Source: Eledone cirrhosa
Taxonomy: Eukaryota
Reading direction: 5' to 3'
NCBI GenBank assembly: GCA_964016885.1
Contig: OZ024749.1
Location: forward strand, 44,020,001 to 44,084,000
DNA: 64,000 bases
Positions 8,771-22,369 of the stretch are shown here, piece by piece. How positions within the stretch are numbered: position 1 is the stretch's first letter; each line of letters begins with the position of its first letter. Made by a program: the position numbers and the translations under genes. The notes under the pieces were generated by a model. It had not been told where the DNA came from. It made no database searches and worked only from the letters and a program-made list of their open reading frames with translations.

Positions 8771-11320
8771 ATTTTGGTTTATGTGGTGGTCGCCTTCCTT
8801 CACACAGTTCTCTATAGAGAAGTTGCTTTGGAATACAATCATCAGACATCCGGACCACGTGACTGCACCACCTCAACCGATACCGAATGATTATGCTCTC
8901 TATAGTCACGCACCTGCTCCGTTCTAGAACTTCCAAATCACTGGTGAACATTTTCCACCACACCCCAAGTAACTTATGAAGAGATTGTTGGTGAAATCTC
9001 TTCAGATCCTTGAGGTGCTTTCTGTATGTGACCCACGTTTCACAAACATAAAGTAAAGAGGAGACGACACAAGTCAGATACACTTTCACCTTGGTTTCGA
9101 TAGTGATACCTCGTCTGGACCATAAACATTGATGCAGCCGTCCAAAAGCATCACTGGCTTTCTTGATTCTTAAGGATATTTCATTATCATGTGTGCATGA
9201 AGTGTTCAACGTACTACCAAGGTAAACAAACTTGTCAGCAACTTTTAGCCTCTTTCCGTACACATACACACTTGGTGCAGTGTACTCGTTTCCAGGTACT
9301 GACTGATACATCACAACAGTCTTTTCCAAGCTTATTGTGATGCCCAAAGTGCTGCAAGCTGCAGAAAAAGAGTTCATAATATGCTGCATGTCACTTTGTG
9401 AGTGTGCAAAAAGATCGCAGTCGTCTGCATACAAAAACTCTCGGATTATAGATGTTAAAACCTTTGTGCTTGTACCAAAGCGCCTGGTGTTGAACAACAT
9501 TCCTGAAGTGCGATACCTGATGTAAACCCCATCAGAACAATATTTGAATGCCACGAGAAACACTATCGTAAAATATAAGGAAAACAGAGTTGGAGCCGGA
9601 ATGTCCCCCTGCTTCACTCCATTTTCAACTGATAGTGGTTCAGAGATGCTACCACCAAAACTGACCAATGTCATCATGGAAAAGATGCAGAATCTTCTAC
9701 CCTACCTTGGATTTTTTTCCCACAATGCAGTTCGATTGACAGTGTCAAAGGCCTTTGTCAAGTCAACAAAGACCTGGTAAAGATCCATACATTGTTCGAT
9801 ACACTTTTCTTGCAGCTGCCGAGCAGAAACGATCATATCCACTGTTCCTCTTTCGTTTCTGAACCCACATTGCGACTCAGGCAACACATTCAGAGAAACT
9901 CTTGGGATCAATCTATCCATCAATTTTCGACACGACTTTACCAACTACCGAAAGAAGGGATGACATGATAATTGCCACATTTGTCCTTGCCGTCCTTTCC
10001 TTTATGGAGAATCACCATGAGTGCATCCTTCTTGTGGGACATTCTCATCTTCCCACACCATTTTCATGAGGTCAGTCAGGCGCTGCGTGAAGTTTTCACC
10101 ACCACACTTCAAAACCGCTCCACTCAGACCATCCATACCAGGAGACTTACCACAGTTCAGCTTATGCACAACAGAAGTCCCCTCTGCAAGAGAAGATACA
10201 TTAGCCATCTCATATGCTTCACTGGTTCAATAGGAATGGAACAAATGAAATCATCATCAACCTGGGATGGCTGGTTTAAGAGCTCATCAAAGTGATCTCT
10301 CTATCTGTTGAGTGTCTTTTGGGTCGCGCAGTAATTGCTTGCCATCTTTCGATCTCAAAGGGCCATACACCTCTGTGAGTAGAAAGTGCGGCAGTTTCAC
10401 ATTGTTGCCGTCAGATGCCACTTGAACTTCATCTACTTTGTTGTTCCACCAGGTATTTTGCATAGCCCTGAGTTTCACCTGAACTTCCTTCTTTACCTGT
10501 CTGTAACGCTCATAATTGTCACCAACAGAGATACCACCTTTAAGAACTACATCAAGTGCCTTTTGTTTTCTGTCTAGCAGAGCCTTGACCTCCTGGTCCT
10601 TCTCATCAAACCAGTCCTTGTTTTCTTGTGACAAAGCCAAGGACCTCTGCTGAAGCCTCATAGACCGAGCTCCAGAAGTCCTTCCAGTTGTTCTCATACA
10701 CGCATACATACTTACATATATGGTGGCTGCCAACTCGTTTTCGAGTACGGCCACTATATATCCATGTAGAAGAACTCCTACCGATGCGCTGAACGAGTGT
10801 GACTTCTTAGTCCAGCCAGCGACTTGAAAACTCTGGTACAAACACTACACTTGTGACAATTATTGACACATAGTGCTGGGCCCATGGCACCATGTGACGA
10901 CAAGTGCAGAGAGATCTCCAGATATAAAGCAATGCCTGTGCCGTGAAGCTTTTATAGTGAGCAAAGGCACTGCACAAAGCCAGTGCAACTCTCTTAACCA
11001 AGATGATACTTACCAAAAAGAACAAGTCAACATCATTGGATACCATCAGAGTTGCAGATGTTATATCAGAGTTTTCCTTCTCCTAGAATTCTGCCTTGAC
11101 AAAGGCTAAGGGGTCATCTCTCCCGGTGATTTTGGATGGCCATTGACTCTTAAGAGCTCCTTTGCCCTTTGACAGGTTTTGTTTTTAGTCCTGCAGGATG
11201 TCCAAAGTCACCCTCCTCACCAAGAAACCTTGGTGGGGTTGCCAGTTTAGTCGCCAACGACCCGACCATGAGACAGGTTGTACTGGGATACATGTTACCA
11301 GTAGCACCAACTGGTGACCT
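8771..11320 (-). mobile_element. Decayed, internally deleted RTE (BovB-like) LINE with 5' UTR
   Basis: Broken ORF2 with RT motifs GKSPGMDG, PESQCGFR...RGTVDM, FVDLTKAFDTV, GVKQGD..APTLF, FLYADDCDL, KFVYLGS and RLRWCSHVVRM; NKDWFDEKD upstream; GC-rich 5' region to ~11320. Confidence 0.9.
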
Positions 11321-11984
11321 GACATATATACATGTATACATACATGCATACATCCATCCATACGTGTATACATACATACAATGGTTAAAGTGTTTGACTG
11401 ACGACATGCGTTCATATTTGGGACCGGGTAGTTATTGAATCAACCTGATATCAATGTTTATTATACAGCACACTTCCTCTTTGGTATAATATGACACATA
11501 GTAATATCTAACATAGTACCCATCTAATCTGTTATAATATGATTTACCTTTCCTCTGTGAAGGCACATGCCTTAGGGGTTACGGTACTGGACTAACCATT
11601 ATAAAGTCATGGGCTCGTTTCTTCGGTCCTGCAGCATGTTGCGTCCTTCAGTAAAATACTTTAGTTCGTGTAGCATCTTCTACCAGGACTTGCGGCAGAC
11701 AGATAATATCAGTAATGGAAAAAACCTTGTTTAATTAGTATGACCTGGAAATCAGTTCCACTCTATTTATCTTCTTTATTAAAGGCAATCAAATTATTTT
11801 TAATTTTATTCTTTTTCTTATTTTTCCATGTTTGTTAAATAAATTCCAAAAAATCGAACTAAATTGAAATTTTGTAATAAAATTTCCATAAAAGTTAATG
11901 TTTACAATACAATAAAATGTAATAAAATGTATTGAAGTCGACGAAATGTGGACCTTCATTTTTGAAAGATGGATAATGCTCTAA

Positions 11985-12235
11985 GCAGACCTTACAATAT
12001 TGTACCACAATTTTCCTTTGTGCAAAAGTGGGCAGCCGAATTTAGGAAAGGATAGGGGATTCTTGAAGATGACCCAATGTCTGGACGTCCTACAACTGCC
12101 ACTACCGAGGAAAACATTGATCTCAGTACTGCAACACCGATGGAAGAAGTGTGTGGAACGCAAGGGAGACTATGTTGAAAAATAAACCTCATTTGGTCAC
12201 ATTCTATGAGAGTATCTTTGTCAACCCCCGTATCT
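11985..12235 (+). mobile_element. Internally deleted mariner-type transposon remnant
   Basis: VQKWAAEFRKG*GILEDDPMSGRPTTATTEENID (HTH/linker) joined to the C-terminal LQHRWKKCVERKGDYVEK*, characteristic of mariner transposases. Confidence 0.85.
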
Positions 12236-12255
12236 ATGCGCAATATACGTAAAGA

Positions 12256-12653
12256 TACAGAATTGCGGGCACTACAACGCTATTAGCTGTCATATTTGTT
12301 GGTGAAAAAAATTTGATTATAAAACTTAAATTTATGAATGACTTGTTTTCTACATTGATAACCATGACTTGTTTTCTAATTAACTTAAATTTGTTTTCTA
12401 ATTTGGCCCTTTTAAGGGCCACCTATATTTTCATTTAAGTAACTCCACTTACATCGATATGCTTTAATAAAAAAAAAATATATAAAAAAAAACGCGTGAT
12501 ATTTTCATTTAAGTAACTCCACTTACATCTATATGCTTTAATAATAAAAAAAAAAACTCCACTTACGCGTGGTAGTAATACGGAAATAAACCATGTTTTA
12601 CTTCCATCGGCTGCTTTCGACTGACAGCTAATAGCGTTGTAATGCCTGCTGTA
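12256..12653. mobile_element. MITE with ~28-bp terminal inverted repeats, ~175 bp upstream of the PYROXD1 ATG
   Basis: gcgggcactacaacgctattagctgtca (12265-12292) vs tgacagctaatagcgttgtaatgcctgc (12622-12649); a related single end at ~5990-6045. Confidence 0.75.
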
Positions 12654-12827
12654 TATTAGTACGGCGCTCCTACGATTCTATTTATAGTTACGAGTCCATA
12701 CATACAAATCTAAACATTACGGTTAACCGGTATTACATGAAAGGATTACTACAATTCACTCGACACCGCTAGCGGCAGTTATGTCCCATTGATTGCATTG
12801 GCAGCCGATGTTTGATTTTTAAACAAG

Positions 12828-15800
12828 ATGAGTGTTTCAAAAGCGAAATATGTTATTATTGGTGGAGGTATTGCGGGTGTAACGTGTGCTGAGACGGTAA
12901 TGCTAATATATAATTCTATGTGTAATCATTTGATGTTTTATATAATTAAAATAAAAGAAAATTTAATTCCTTATCGTGTTAAATATTTATTCCTCGTTGA
13001 TATGGGACAATTCACTTGTATACATATATACACTAACACAATCTCTAATTAGTGAGTGAAATAAAACGATGCCCCATATAGCCTAAATTACTAATAAATA
13101 AATAAATATATTCTACAGATTAATTTCAATTAACATGCATTGAATACACATTTAAGCTTGGCAGAGCACATTAGATGTCTTCCTAGATATACTATGTTTG
13201 ACAAAAAGTCTTGATGGCCATAGCTACAGTACGTTGATCATAGGTTTGACCTGGTGCTAAATAATGACAATATAGGACACAAGGAAATTCCCTTCTCTAT
13301 AGTCATTTCACTTGATCAGTGTAACATCGAAATCCCTGTAAACAATTTTGAAAGGCTTTCATAGTGGTTTAGAACATTGAAATCATCAATTAGAAATATA
13401 GGCTGATCTCAGATGCACGGTGGGAGCCAAATCTTGCCTACATATGTTCCCATAGTCTAACAAGCGTACGCGATGCATTTTCTTGTAAGATCAGCACCAG
13501 GGAGGTTGTCATGTCTTTGAGACAGTTGAAGAATCCTCTCAACCCTTAAGAATTTATAGAACTAGAATGATGCGTGTGTGTATGTGCATATGCATACATC
13601 TATATGTATGAGTATATTGATATAAACGCGCAAACACATACACACAAAAATACACATACATTCACACAAGCGCACACATACATTTACACAAACACTCACA
13701 CACAGCGGAGCAAATGGAACGCCAGTCGTTGTTTTGCAATAGTTTTTTCACCATCCTCTTCTTTTCTTTTATACAGACATACATTCACACAAAAACACAC
13801 ACACATTGTGTTACGGATGGACGGAAGTCACTCAAATTTATATATATCATTTTGTTTTGTTTCTCTTTCAGCTATCATGGTTATGTCCAGAAGAAACTAT
13901 AGTTCTGTTATCAGCATCAACTCTGGTGAAAGCTGTTACAAATTTTAATCAGGTAAATTATTATTTTCATTTACAAATATAAAAATTATATTTTATTTAA
14001 AAATCAATCTTATTCGTTAAATTATGAAATAAATGTTGTGTTGTTTTAATCCTTTAGGATTTACATTAGTCTATATTTACTATTGTATTTTCATGGTAAA
14101 GGCTTTATCTTACATTAATATCTCAGCTTACATTTATCTCATATAATATCTAATCTATGAGATTTTGATATTATTTATTTTGAGAACAATACCTTAATGT
14201 CAGTATGAGTGGCTGGTTATGGCTGGTTTGAACAGAAAGAGGTGAGAGAATTCTGGCTGGATATGGCTGGTTTAAATGCTAAAGGGTTAATTTGTTTCTT
14301 AATGATATATATATTTATATAATGAATAAGACTATGCAGATACATACATCATCATTGTCGTTTTAATGTCCACTTTTCAGCTAGTAAGAGTTGGACTACT
14401 ATAAAAAGAAATAAGAAAGAAAAAAGGTGGAGGAGAAGACCCACGCACCATGACAAGAGGCGCTGGAACATCCCTCTAATGATTTTTGAGGGAAGCCAAC
14501 AGACTTGCAGCATTACTACAAGACTAAGGTGCTGGAATAGCCAAGCACTCTCACCAGAAGCGTTTAATATCACATGGTTGGGTGACAGCGAGGCTAAGGT
14601 GCTGGAATAGCCAAACACCCTTACCAGAAATATCTGCTGTCTCAATAAGGCTGGGTGATAGCGAGGCTAAGGTACTGGAATAGCCAAGTGCCCTCACCAG
14701 AAGCACCTAATATCATGATAAGTTTGAGTGATAGCAAGGCCAAGGTACTGGAATAGCCAAGCGCCCTCACCAAAAGTGTCTGATATCTCAATAAGGCTGG
14801 ATGATAGTGAGGCTAAGGTGCTGGAATAACCAAGCACCCTCATAGATATTACCTGCTACCTCAATAAGGTAGGCCATCCACAATGACAAAAACTTCATTG
14901 TCAGCAGCCCAGCTCCCCACAAATGCCTCAAATGTCACATGCTAGAATAAATAGTTTGCTGATAATTTCTGGTATTTAATTTATAATGATTTCTACATTT
15001 GGCACAAGGCCAACAAATTTTGAGGAAAGGGAATGTCAATTAAATCAACCCTAGTGTGTGACTGGTACTTTATTTATCAACGCTGTAAGCGGGATTTGTA
15101 TTCAGAGTGTAAAGAACCATAACTCTATGCCACAAAGCATGGTGTTCGACGCTCTACCGATACTGCCAATCTGCCACCCTGCTATTAAATTTATAATAGT
15201 TATTTATTCTCTTTTGTTTATTTCAGATTTCAAAGACTCTTGAAGTGTTTGATGTAGAAGAAAAATCTTTTGCTGAAATTGAAACAGTTAATAAAAACAT
15301 TGTGATATTACATAAAGAAGTTGTAGCTCTGGATTCACTAGAACAGGTACAGTTTATTACAACAGCTAGCTAAATATATTAACCCTTTTGATACCTATTC
15401 TCAGATATCGAATAATCGCCCCCGCTTATTAATTTTTCAGACACCTCCTCCCCTCTTATTAAATTTTGCTATTCTAGTTCCGGCGAAATTTTGTTTTAAG
15501 TGGTAGCATTTCTGCAACAATTAAAAAGCATTATATATGACAAAAAAAGTACATTACTAGAAATCCCATATGTTATAAAATAAATTGGATGGGTTGGGTG
15601 TCTCAAAATGTAAACTAAACGACTAATTCTGTTTTTTTTTTTTTAAATCAACAAAGGCAACCTAGAAAAACAACAGATTAAAAAAAACCCACCCCATTTG
15701 TTCCACCACCCCCACTCCTATTTTTTGGTACCTGAGAGTAACCACCTGAAACAGCCCTTGGTCCCACAATACAAAACTTTGTTTTAAAGTGTTTATATTT

Positions 15801-18474
15801 ATCATAACTCTATGTAAGAACATTTGTTTCCATGCATTGTCCTGTAACTTATGAGAGAATCATAGGGATGCCCAAATTGAACGAGCATAAATTGTACATT
15901 ATCAATTTGCTGAGTGGCATGTTGAACAGACACTGGGGCAAATAGGGATGCCACAAAAGACCATCCAGTGCCAACCATTGAAAGTTACACACTCATATAT
16001 ATATTCATTGTTTAGAATAATAGTAATCAAATTATTTTGTAGTGCTCAGGTGCACTACAACCTCATTAAAGGTGCATGTATAGTACATAGAATAATCATT
16101 TTATATTTATCTTATCCAGAACATTAAAACAACTGATGGGAGTGTGATTTCATATGAGAGGTTGTGTGTTTGTACAGGTGGTAAACCTAAGGTGAGTTCA
16201 GATTTCATTTTCTGTATTGAATGTTTAAGTCTGTTGATGGAGGATGCATAGAGTCAAAGTGTTGAGTGGAGATTGGATGGAGTCAGTCTGTTGAGTGGAG
16301 TTTGCATAGAATCAGTGTTGAGTGAAGTTGGACAGTTGAGTAGAGTAAGTGTTGAGTGGATATTAGGTAGGTTGATGTTTGATTACAGTTGTGATATAGT
16401 CAGTTAAGTTGTGAAGGACTAAAAAGAAATGATGATGGTGTTGTTGGTAGTGGCAATAGGCATAGTGTTTGATATGAGGTGGTGGAGGTGGTACATATGG
16501 TAATGGTGAGGATGATGATGATGATCTTTCTGGTTAAATTAAATATTCATGTTCTATATCCCTTTATTTCAGGTCATTGTTAGCAGTCCATATGTTGTGG
16601 GAATCAGAGATACTGAAAGTATTCAAGTGAGTAAAACACAAATTTAATCCTTTAGCATTTAAACCGGCCATATCTGGCCAGAATTCTCTCACCTCTTTCT
16701 GTTAAAACTGGCTGTAACTCACCACTCATACTGATGTTAAGGTATGGTTCTCAAAATAGATATCAAAATCTCTTAGATTCGATATTATGTGAGATAATTA
16801 TGTGAGGTAAAGCCTTTACCATGAAAATAATATTAAATAGTAAATATAGGGTAATGTAAATGCTAAAGGGTTAAAAAAAATATTGCAATATTTTAGCGAT
16901 AAAAGACGTGATTGATATAAAAACGCATACGCACCTGCTTCACTGATTTGTTTGTTTACTTAAATGTTTTTGTACACACCTGGGAGTCAATGAGAGTGGA
17001 GGTGGGGTGTCAAGAATTTCATGAAGGGATCAATGGTGTTAAAAAGTTTAGGGATTCCTGATCTATATGCTTCGTCGCATGGCATGGTCCCGTAACTTCT
17101 AAAGGAGTTGCAGAGGCACTATATTGACATACAATGTTTCTAGGGCATTTTAAAACCTGGCTGAGCCCATCTCCTCTCCACATCTGAGTACAGCAGATTT
17201 CTTCCAGAGAAGGATAGATAGTGAAAGAGAGTAAGTGAGAAAGAGATACAGAGGAAGAATCAGCCCCAGTACTAGACTGGAATTTTTTTATCGACCTCGA
17301 AAGGATGAAAGGCAAAGTTGACCTCAATGGGATTTGAACTCAGAGAGCATGTAGTCAAAATGTATACCACTAAGCATTCTATTCAACGTTCTAACGACTC
17401 TGCCATTTCGCCACCTATATGCTTCATACCATCATACATATTAAACATTTTTCTTGTTTTTGTTTTGTTTCAGACTTTTCAAGATAAACTTTCTTCAGCA
17501 AGGAGGGTTGTAGTTGTTGGCAATGGTGGAATAGCTACTGAATTGGTGTAAGTAATATTTCAATTTCATATTCTTACACTCTATATGGGGGTTGGGTGGC
17601 AACAGGAAGGGCACCCTGCTGTAGAAATCATACCTAAAATGGTTGAAAGGACCCTTTAGTTGTGTCAAAGACACAAAAACCTTTCTATTGTTTGTGATCT
17701 AGACGATAGGCACACCCAGTACATGCTGTAAAGTGGTTGGTGATAGAAAGGGTATCCAGCTGTAGAAAGCTTGCCAAACAAAAGTTTGGGAGGACCCTTC
17801 AGTTTGTGTCAAAAGACACAATAACTTCTCCTCTGCCCTCGATATGACCGTACGTAAGTGGGATACTGACTCCTCGGCCTGTCTGGGAGGTCAATAGCCC
17901 CACTTCAGTACTGTCTTATACATCACCTTTCTTTATTTATTTCTTCCAGTCATTTCTATGCACCTACACACTTCTTGTCCTCCTCTTTCAATCTTTTCTA
18001 TATTTCATCTGCCTGTCGCCCACCTTGTGGATTGTCTCTCTGTTGACCACTGGCCACTTGTCTCTGTCCTCTGAGACATTTTTACCCATCGCTGTCTTTG
18101 ACAGTGTTTAGCTGTTTTAGCGGTTGTTCTAGTGATGAGTTTTCTCATTTTTATATCTAAAAAAAAAATGGGGTTAAATTAATGTAATCTATATTACTGA
18201 CCCAACTCTTGCTTCACTTGTCTTTGTGTTTTTTTCTTTTATTTCTAGTTATGAGATTGAAGGATGTTCAGTGATTTGGGCAATCAAAGACAAATCCATC
18301 AACAGCACTTTTGTAGATGCTGGGGCCGGACAGTTCTTCTTGAGGAAACTGAATAAGAAGAAGGAGCAGAAGAAACCTATACTGAAACGAATGAAATACA
18401 ATGTCAGAGGTAGGAAAGGTGTGGAAGAATGGAATGAAATAATGTTGTTTCTGAATGGATGAAACTTTAAGAGT

Positions 18475-18528
<54 letters not shown>

Positions 18529-18649
18529 TAATAATAATAATGAAATTATTGTGTACAGTGCTCAGGTGCACTACAACTCATCAAAGGTGCATGTATAGTA
18601 CATAGAATAATGTACAAATGTCAGGAAAATGAACAGTGTATGAGTCATG

Positions 18650-18689
<40 letters not shown>

Positions 18690-19553
18690 TGTTTCTACTT
18701 TAGGCACAAGGCCAGCAATTATCCAGTGCATTACTGGTACTTTATTTTATCGACCCCGTAAGGATGAAAGGCAAAGTCAACCTCGGCGGGATTTGAACTC
18801 AGATCGTAAAGGGACGTAACTATGCTGGAAAGCATGGCGTCCGACCCTCTACCGATACTGCCAATCCACCGCCCTTTTATCATAATAATAATAATAATGA
18901 AATATTGTGTACAGTGCCCAGGTGCACCACAACTCATCAAAAAAGTGCATGTACAGTACATAGTGCAATGCACAAACATCAGTAAAATGAACAGTGCACG
19001 AGTCATGATACACACATGTGTGCATGTGTACATCAGGTGTAGTTTTAGCGTATTTCGGGAAGCATAAGTGTCTTAAAGGATAGTAAGGTGCATTATTGGT
19101 TGTGTAAAATGGTCCAATAACTTTATGTTAGCAATATTAAGTTCTCCACGCTTTTGTATATCTCCAATTCCATTCGAGGGAACAGCTAGATGATGTAAAA
19201 CGGAGTATAAGTATCAAAATGAAAATCCGAAGGCAAGGTAAAATTCCAATCATTTAATCACGACACGTTTTAATAAGAGATAGATTGATTGTGAAGCCAT
19301 GATCGATTATCACTGATCTCATCAGGTGAAAATGAATTGTCTTCAAATTCTTGATATGAGGGAGAAAAAAAACGATGTTCTCTCACAGAATTCATTCCCT
19401 CATATGGAGACACACCAGTCAGCCAGAGACACGGCGACTGCTATTAGCTTTAGTTGAGGTCATAAAAGTTTTCAGATTTCTATCGCTGCAAAAGACGCTG
19501 GACATCAATCAAATCTGTAGGGATACAGTCAGTCACAGTTAAAAGTGAGTGGG

Positions 19554-19625
<72 letters not shown>

Positions 19626-20089
19626 GGCGCATGGCTTAATGGTTAGAGGTTGGGCTTGCAATCGAAAGGTTGTGAGTTCAATTCTCGGACCGGGTGATGT
19701 GTTGTTTCCTTGAGCAAGACACTTTATTTTACATTGCTCCAGTTTACTCAGCTGTAGAAATAAGATGATAGGACTGGGGTCCCTATCATTCCACTGCAAA
19801 GTGGACGTGGAGGTGCCACAGCAAAAAAGCACCCAGCTCACACTGTAAAGTGGACGTGTAGGCGCCACGGAAAATAAAAGCACCCGGCACTCACTGTAAA
19901 TAAGGTTGGTGTTAGGAAGGGCATCCAGCTGTAGAAATCAAGCCAGAATCAGTTCCAGTATGAGCAAGACAAGGTCTGCCGACCGTACACTGCCCACAAC
20001 AGGACAACCCGTCCAACCCATGCTAGCGTGGAAGAACGGAGGTAAAATTTATATGTATATATATGTATGTATGTGTATTTATATGTATG

Positions 20090-20122
<33 letters not shown>

Positions 20123-20513
20123 GTATATATATATACAGAGTACCCGACCTCCCATGGGTACAAGCTGAAGCATATAGACAATATGCCCCCACACCCTTCC
20201 ACTGCAAGGTGGTTGTGGAGGTGCCACGGCAAAAAAGCACCCAGCCCACACTGTAAAGTGGACGTGTAGGCGCCACGAAAAAGCACCCAGCACTCACTGT
20301 AAATGAGGTTGGTGTTAGGAACGGCATCCAGGTGTAGAAATCAAGCCAAATCAGTTCCTATATGAGCAAGGTATGGTCAGCCGACCAGACACTGCCCACA
20401 ACAGGACAACCCGTCTAACCCATGCTAGCATGGAAGAACGGAGGTAAAATGGTGATGATGTATGTATGTGTGTTTATATGTATATATATGTATGTATGTG
20501 TATTTATATGTAT

Positions 20514-20547
<34 letters not shown>

Positions 20548-22336
20548 TTATATGTATATATATGTATGTATGTGTATTTATATGTATGTATATATATGTA
20601 TATATGTATGTGTGTTTATATGTATATATATGTATGTATGTGTATTTATATGTATGTATATATATGTATATATGTATGTGTGTTTATATGTATATATATG
20701 TATGTATGTGTATTTATATGTATGTATATATATGTATATATGTATGTGTGTTTATATGTATATATATATATCATCATCATCGTCCGCTTTTCCCTGCTTC
20801 AGAGAGAGAGAGAGAATAGAAATGTAATGAAAAAGTTAACCATGTAACCACATGTGTTTCAATGTTTTCAGCTGCAAACAAAACTTCAGAATCCATTTTG
20901 GGCGGAGCTCTTGGACCAGATTGGTCAAGTGACTTAGTAATGTCAGGAGCTGAATCAGTAAGTTACATTCTAATCATCACCATCATCATCATCATCATCA
21001 TCCCCACCATCACCACTACCACCATCATTAACATCATCATCATCATCATTAACACAGTCACCACCACTACTACTATCATTAATACCATCTCCGACATCAT
21101 CATGGAGACACAGGGGTAGACCCCAAGCAAAGATGGTTGGATAACAGTCATGAGTTTGGCTGGTCTCGCTTGGGGATCCAGCCGGATAAGTTGCTTCTGA
21201 GACAGGACCCGCTGGAAAGAGTGTTTGAGGACTCTGGCTCCCACAACCCTCTCAGGAATAAGTGGGCGAAGAAGACAAAACTCTAGCATCAGTCTTTTAT
21301 AGTCAGCCTATGAACATTTCAGCCCATCCTTGTATAAATATGTATTATATAATTATCATCATCATTTTACGTCTACTTTTCCCTGCTTGCAAGAGTAGGA
21401 CGGGTCCTCTTCAGCACATCTCTCCATTTGTCACGGTCATTTGCCATCTCCTCTGTGAGCTTCAGGGATCTGAGGTTAGCTCTCACCACCTCCGCCCATG
21501 TTTTTCTTGGTCTTACGCTACTGCGTCTTCCTTCCACCGAGATTTCTTGGCACTTCTTCACCCAGCAGTCATCTTCCATGCGCATCACATGGCCATACCA
21601 ATGCAGTCTTCTCTCCTGCACACTACAGTTTATCCCTCTTATACAGTTTCACTCTCAACTCATCTATGCTTGGTCGTTTACGCACATTGACGTTGCACAT
21701 CCATCGGAGCATGCTTGCTTCATTTCTCTCCAGCTGTCGCATATCCTCCGCAGTTGCTGCCCATGTCTCACTACATGAAGAGATGAGATTATTCCAGTTG
21801 TCTCCTTTTGCAGATCTCCCATAATGTCCATGTAGAATTTCAAGTAGAAGTTGAAAAGGTTTTATCTTCTGATGAACTCAAACAATCTGGAAAGCAACAG
21901 ACTCTCCCTCCAAAGGCAGATAAAGACAGTATGATAGGTATGTAAAATTTATACATTTCGTTAGCTTATGTATGTTATACACATGCACACACACACGCAT
22001 GCATATATATATTTATAAATATGGTATGGTCCGTAACTCCTGATAGGGTCGTTCGGTGCCATATTCGCATTTAAAGTCTGGCGGAGCTCATCCCTCTCCA
22101 AGTTTGAGTACAGCAGATTTCTGCCAGAGAGAGGAAGAATCAACCCCAGTATTAGACTGGTACTTTTTTTATCGACCTTGAAAGGATGAAAGGCAAAGTT
22201 GACCTCGGAGAGATAGATAGATAGATAGATATGAGAGGTCCGTGGCTTTGATTAAGTACTGACTTGGTCGATGACAACTCATTCAACCCTTAGTAGCTGG
22301 GAAAATGGATGTTAAATAATGATGATGATGATATTT

Positions 22337-22369
<33 letters not shown>

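Noticed and set aside
8709-9677. 322-aa ORF as a host gene or active retrotransposon
   Set aside because: It is one fragment of a frameshifted, deleted RTE ORF2, and its last codons run into an antisense SINE.
14520-14870. CRISPR-like array
   Set aside because: The spacers are homologous to one another, the context is a eukaryotic intron, and there are no cas genes.
20422-20847. ORFs rich in Y/I/M/C/V (also 4760-5075, 24363-24749, 25546-26026, 43991-44191)
   Set aside because: Translations of (TA)n/(TG)n/(TATG)n microsatellites; no coding signal.
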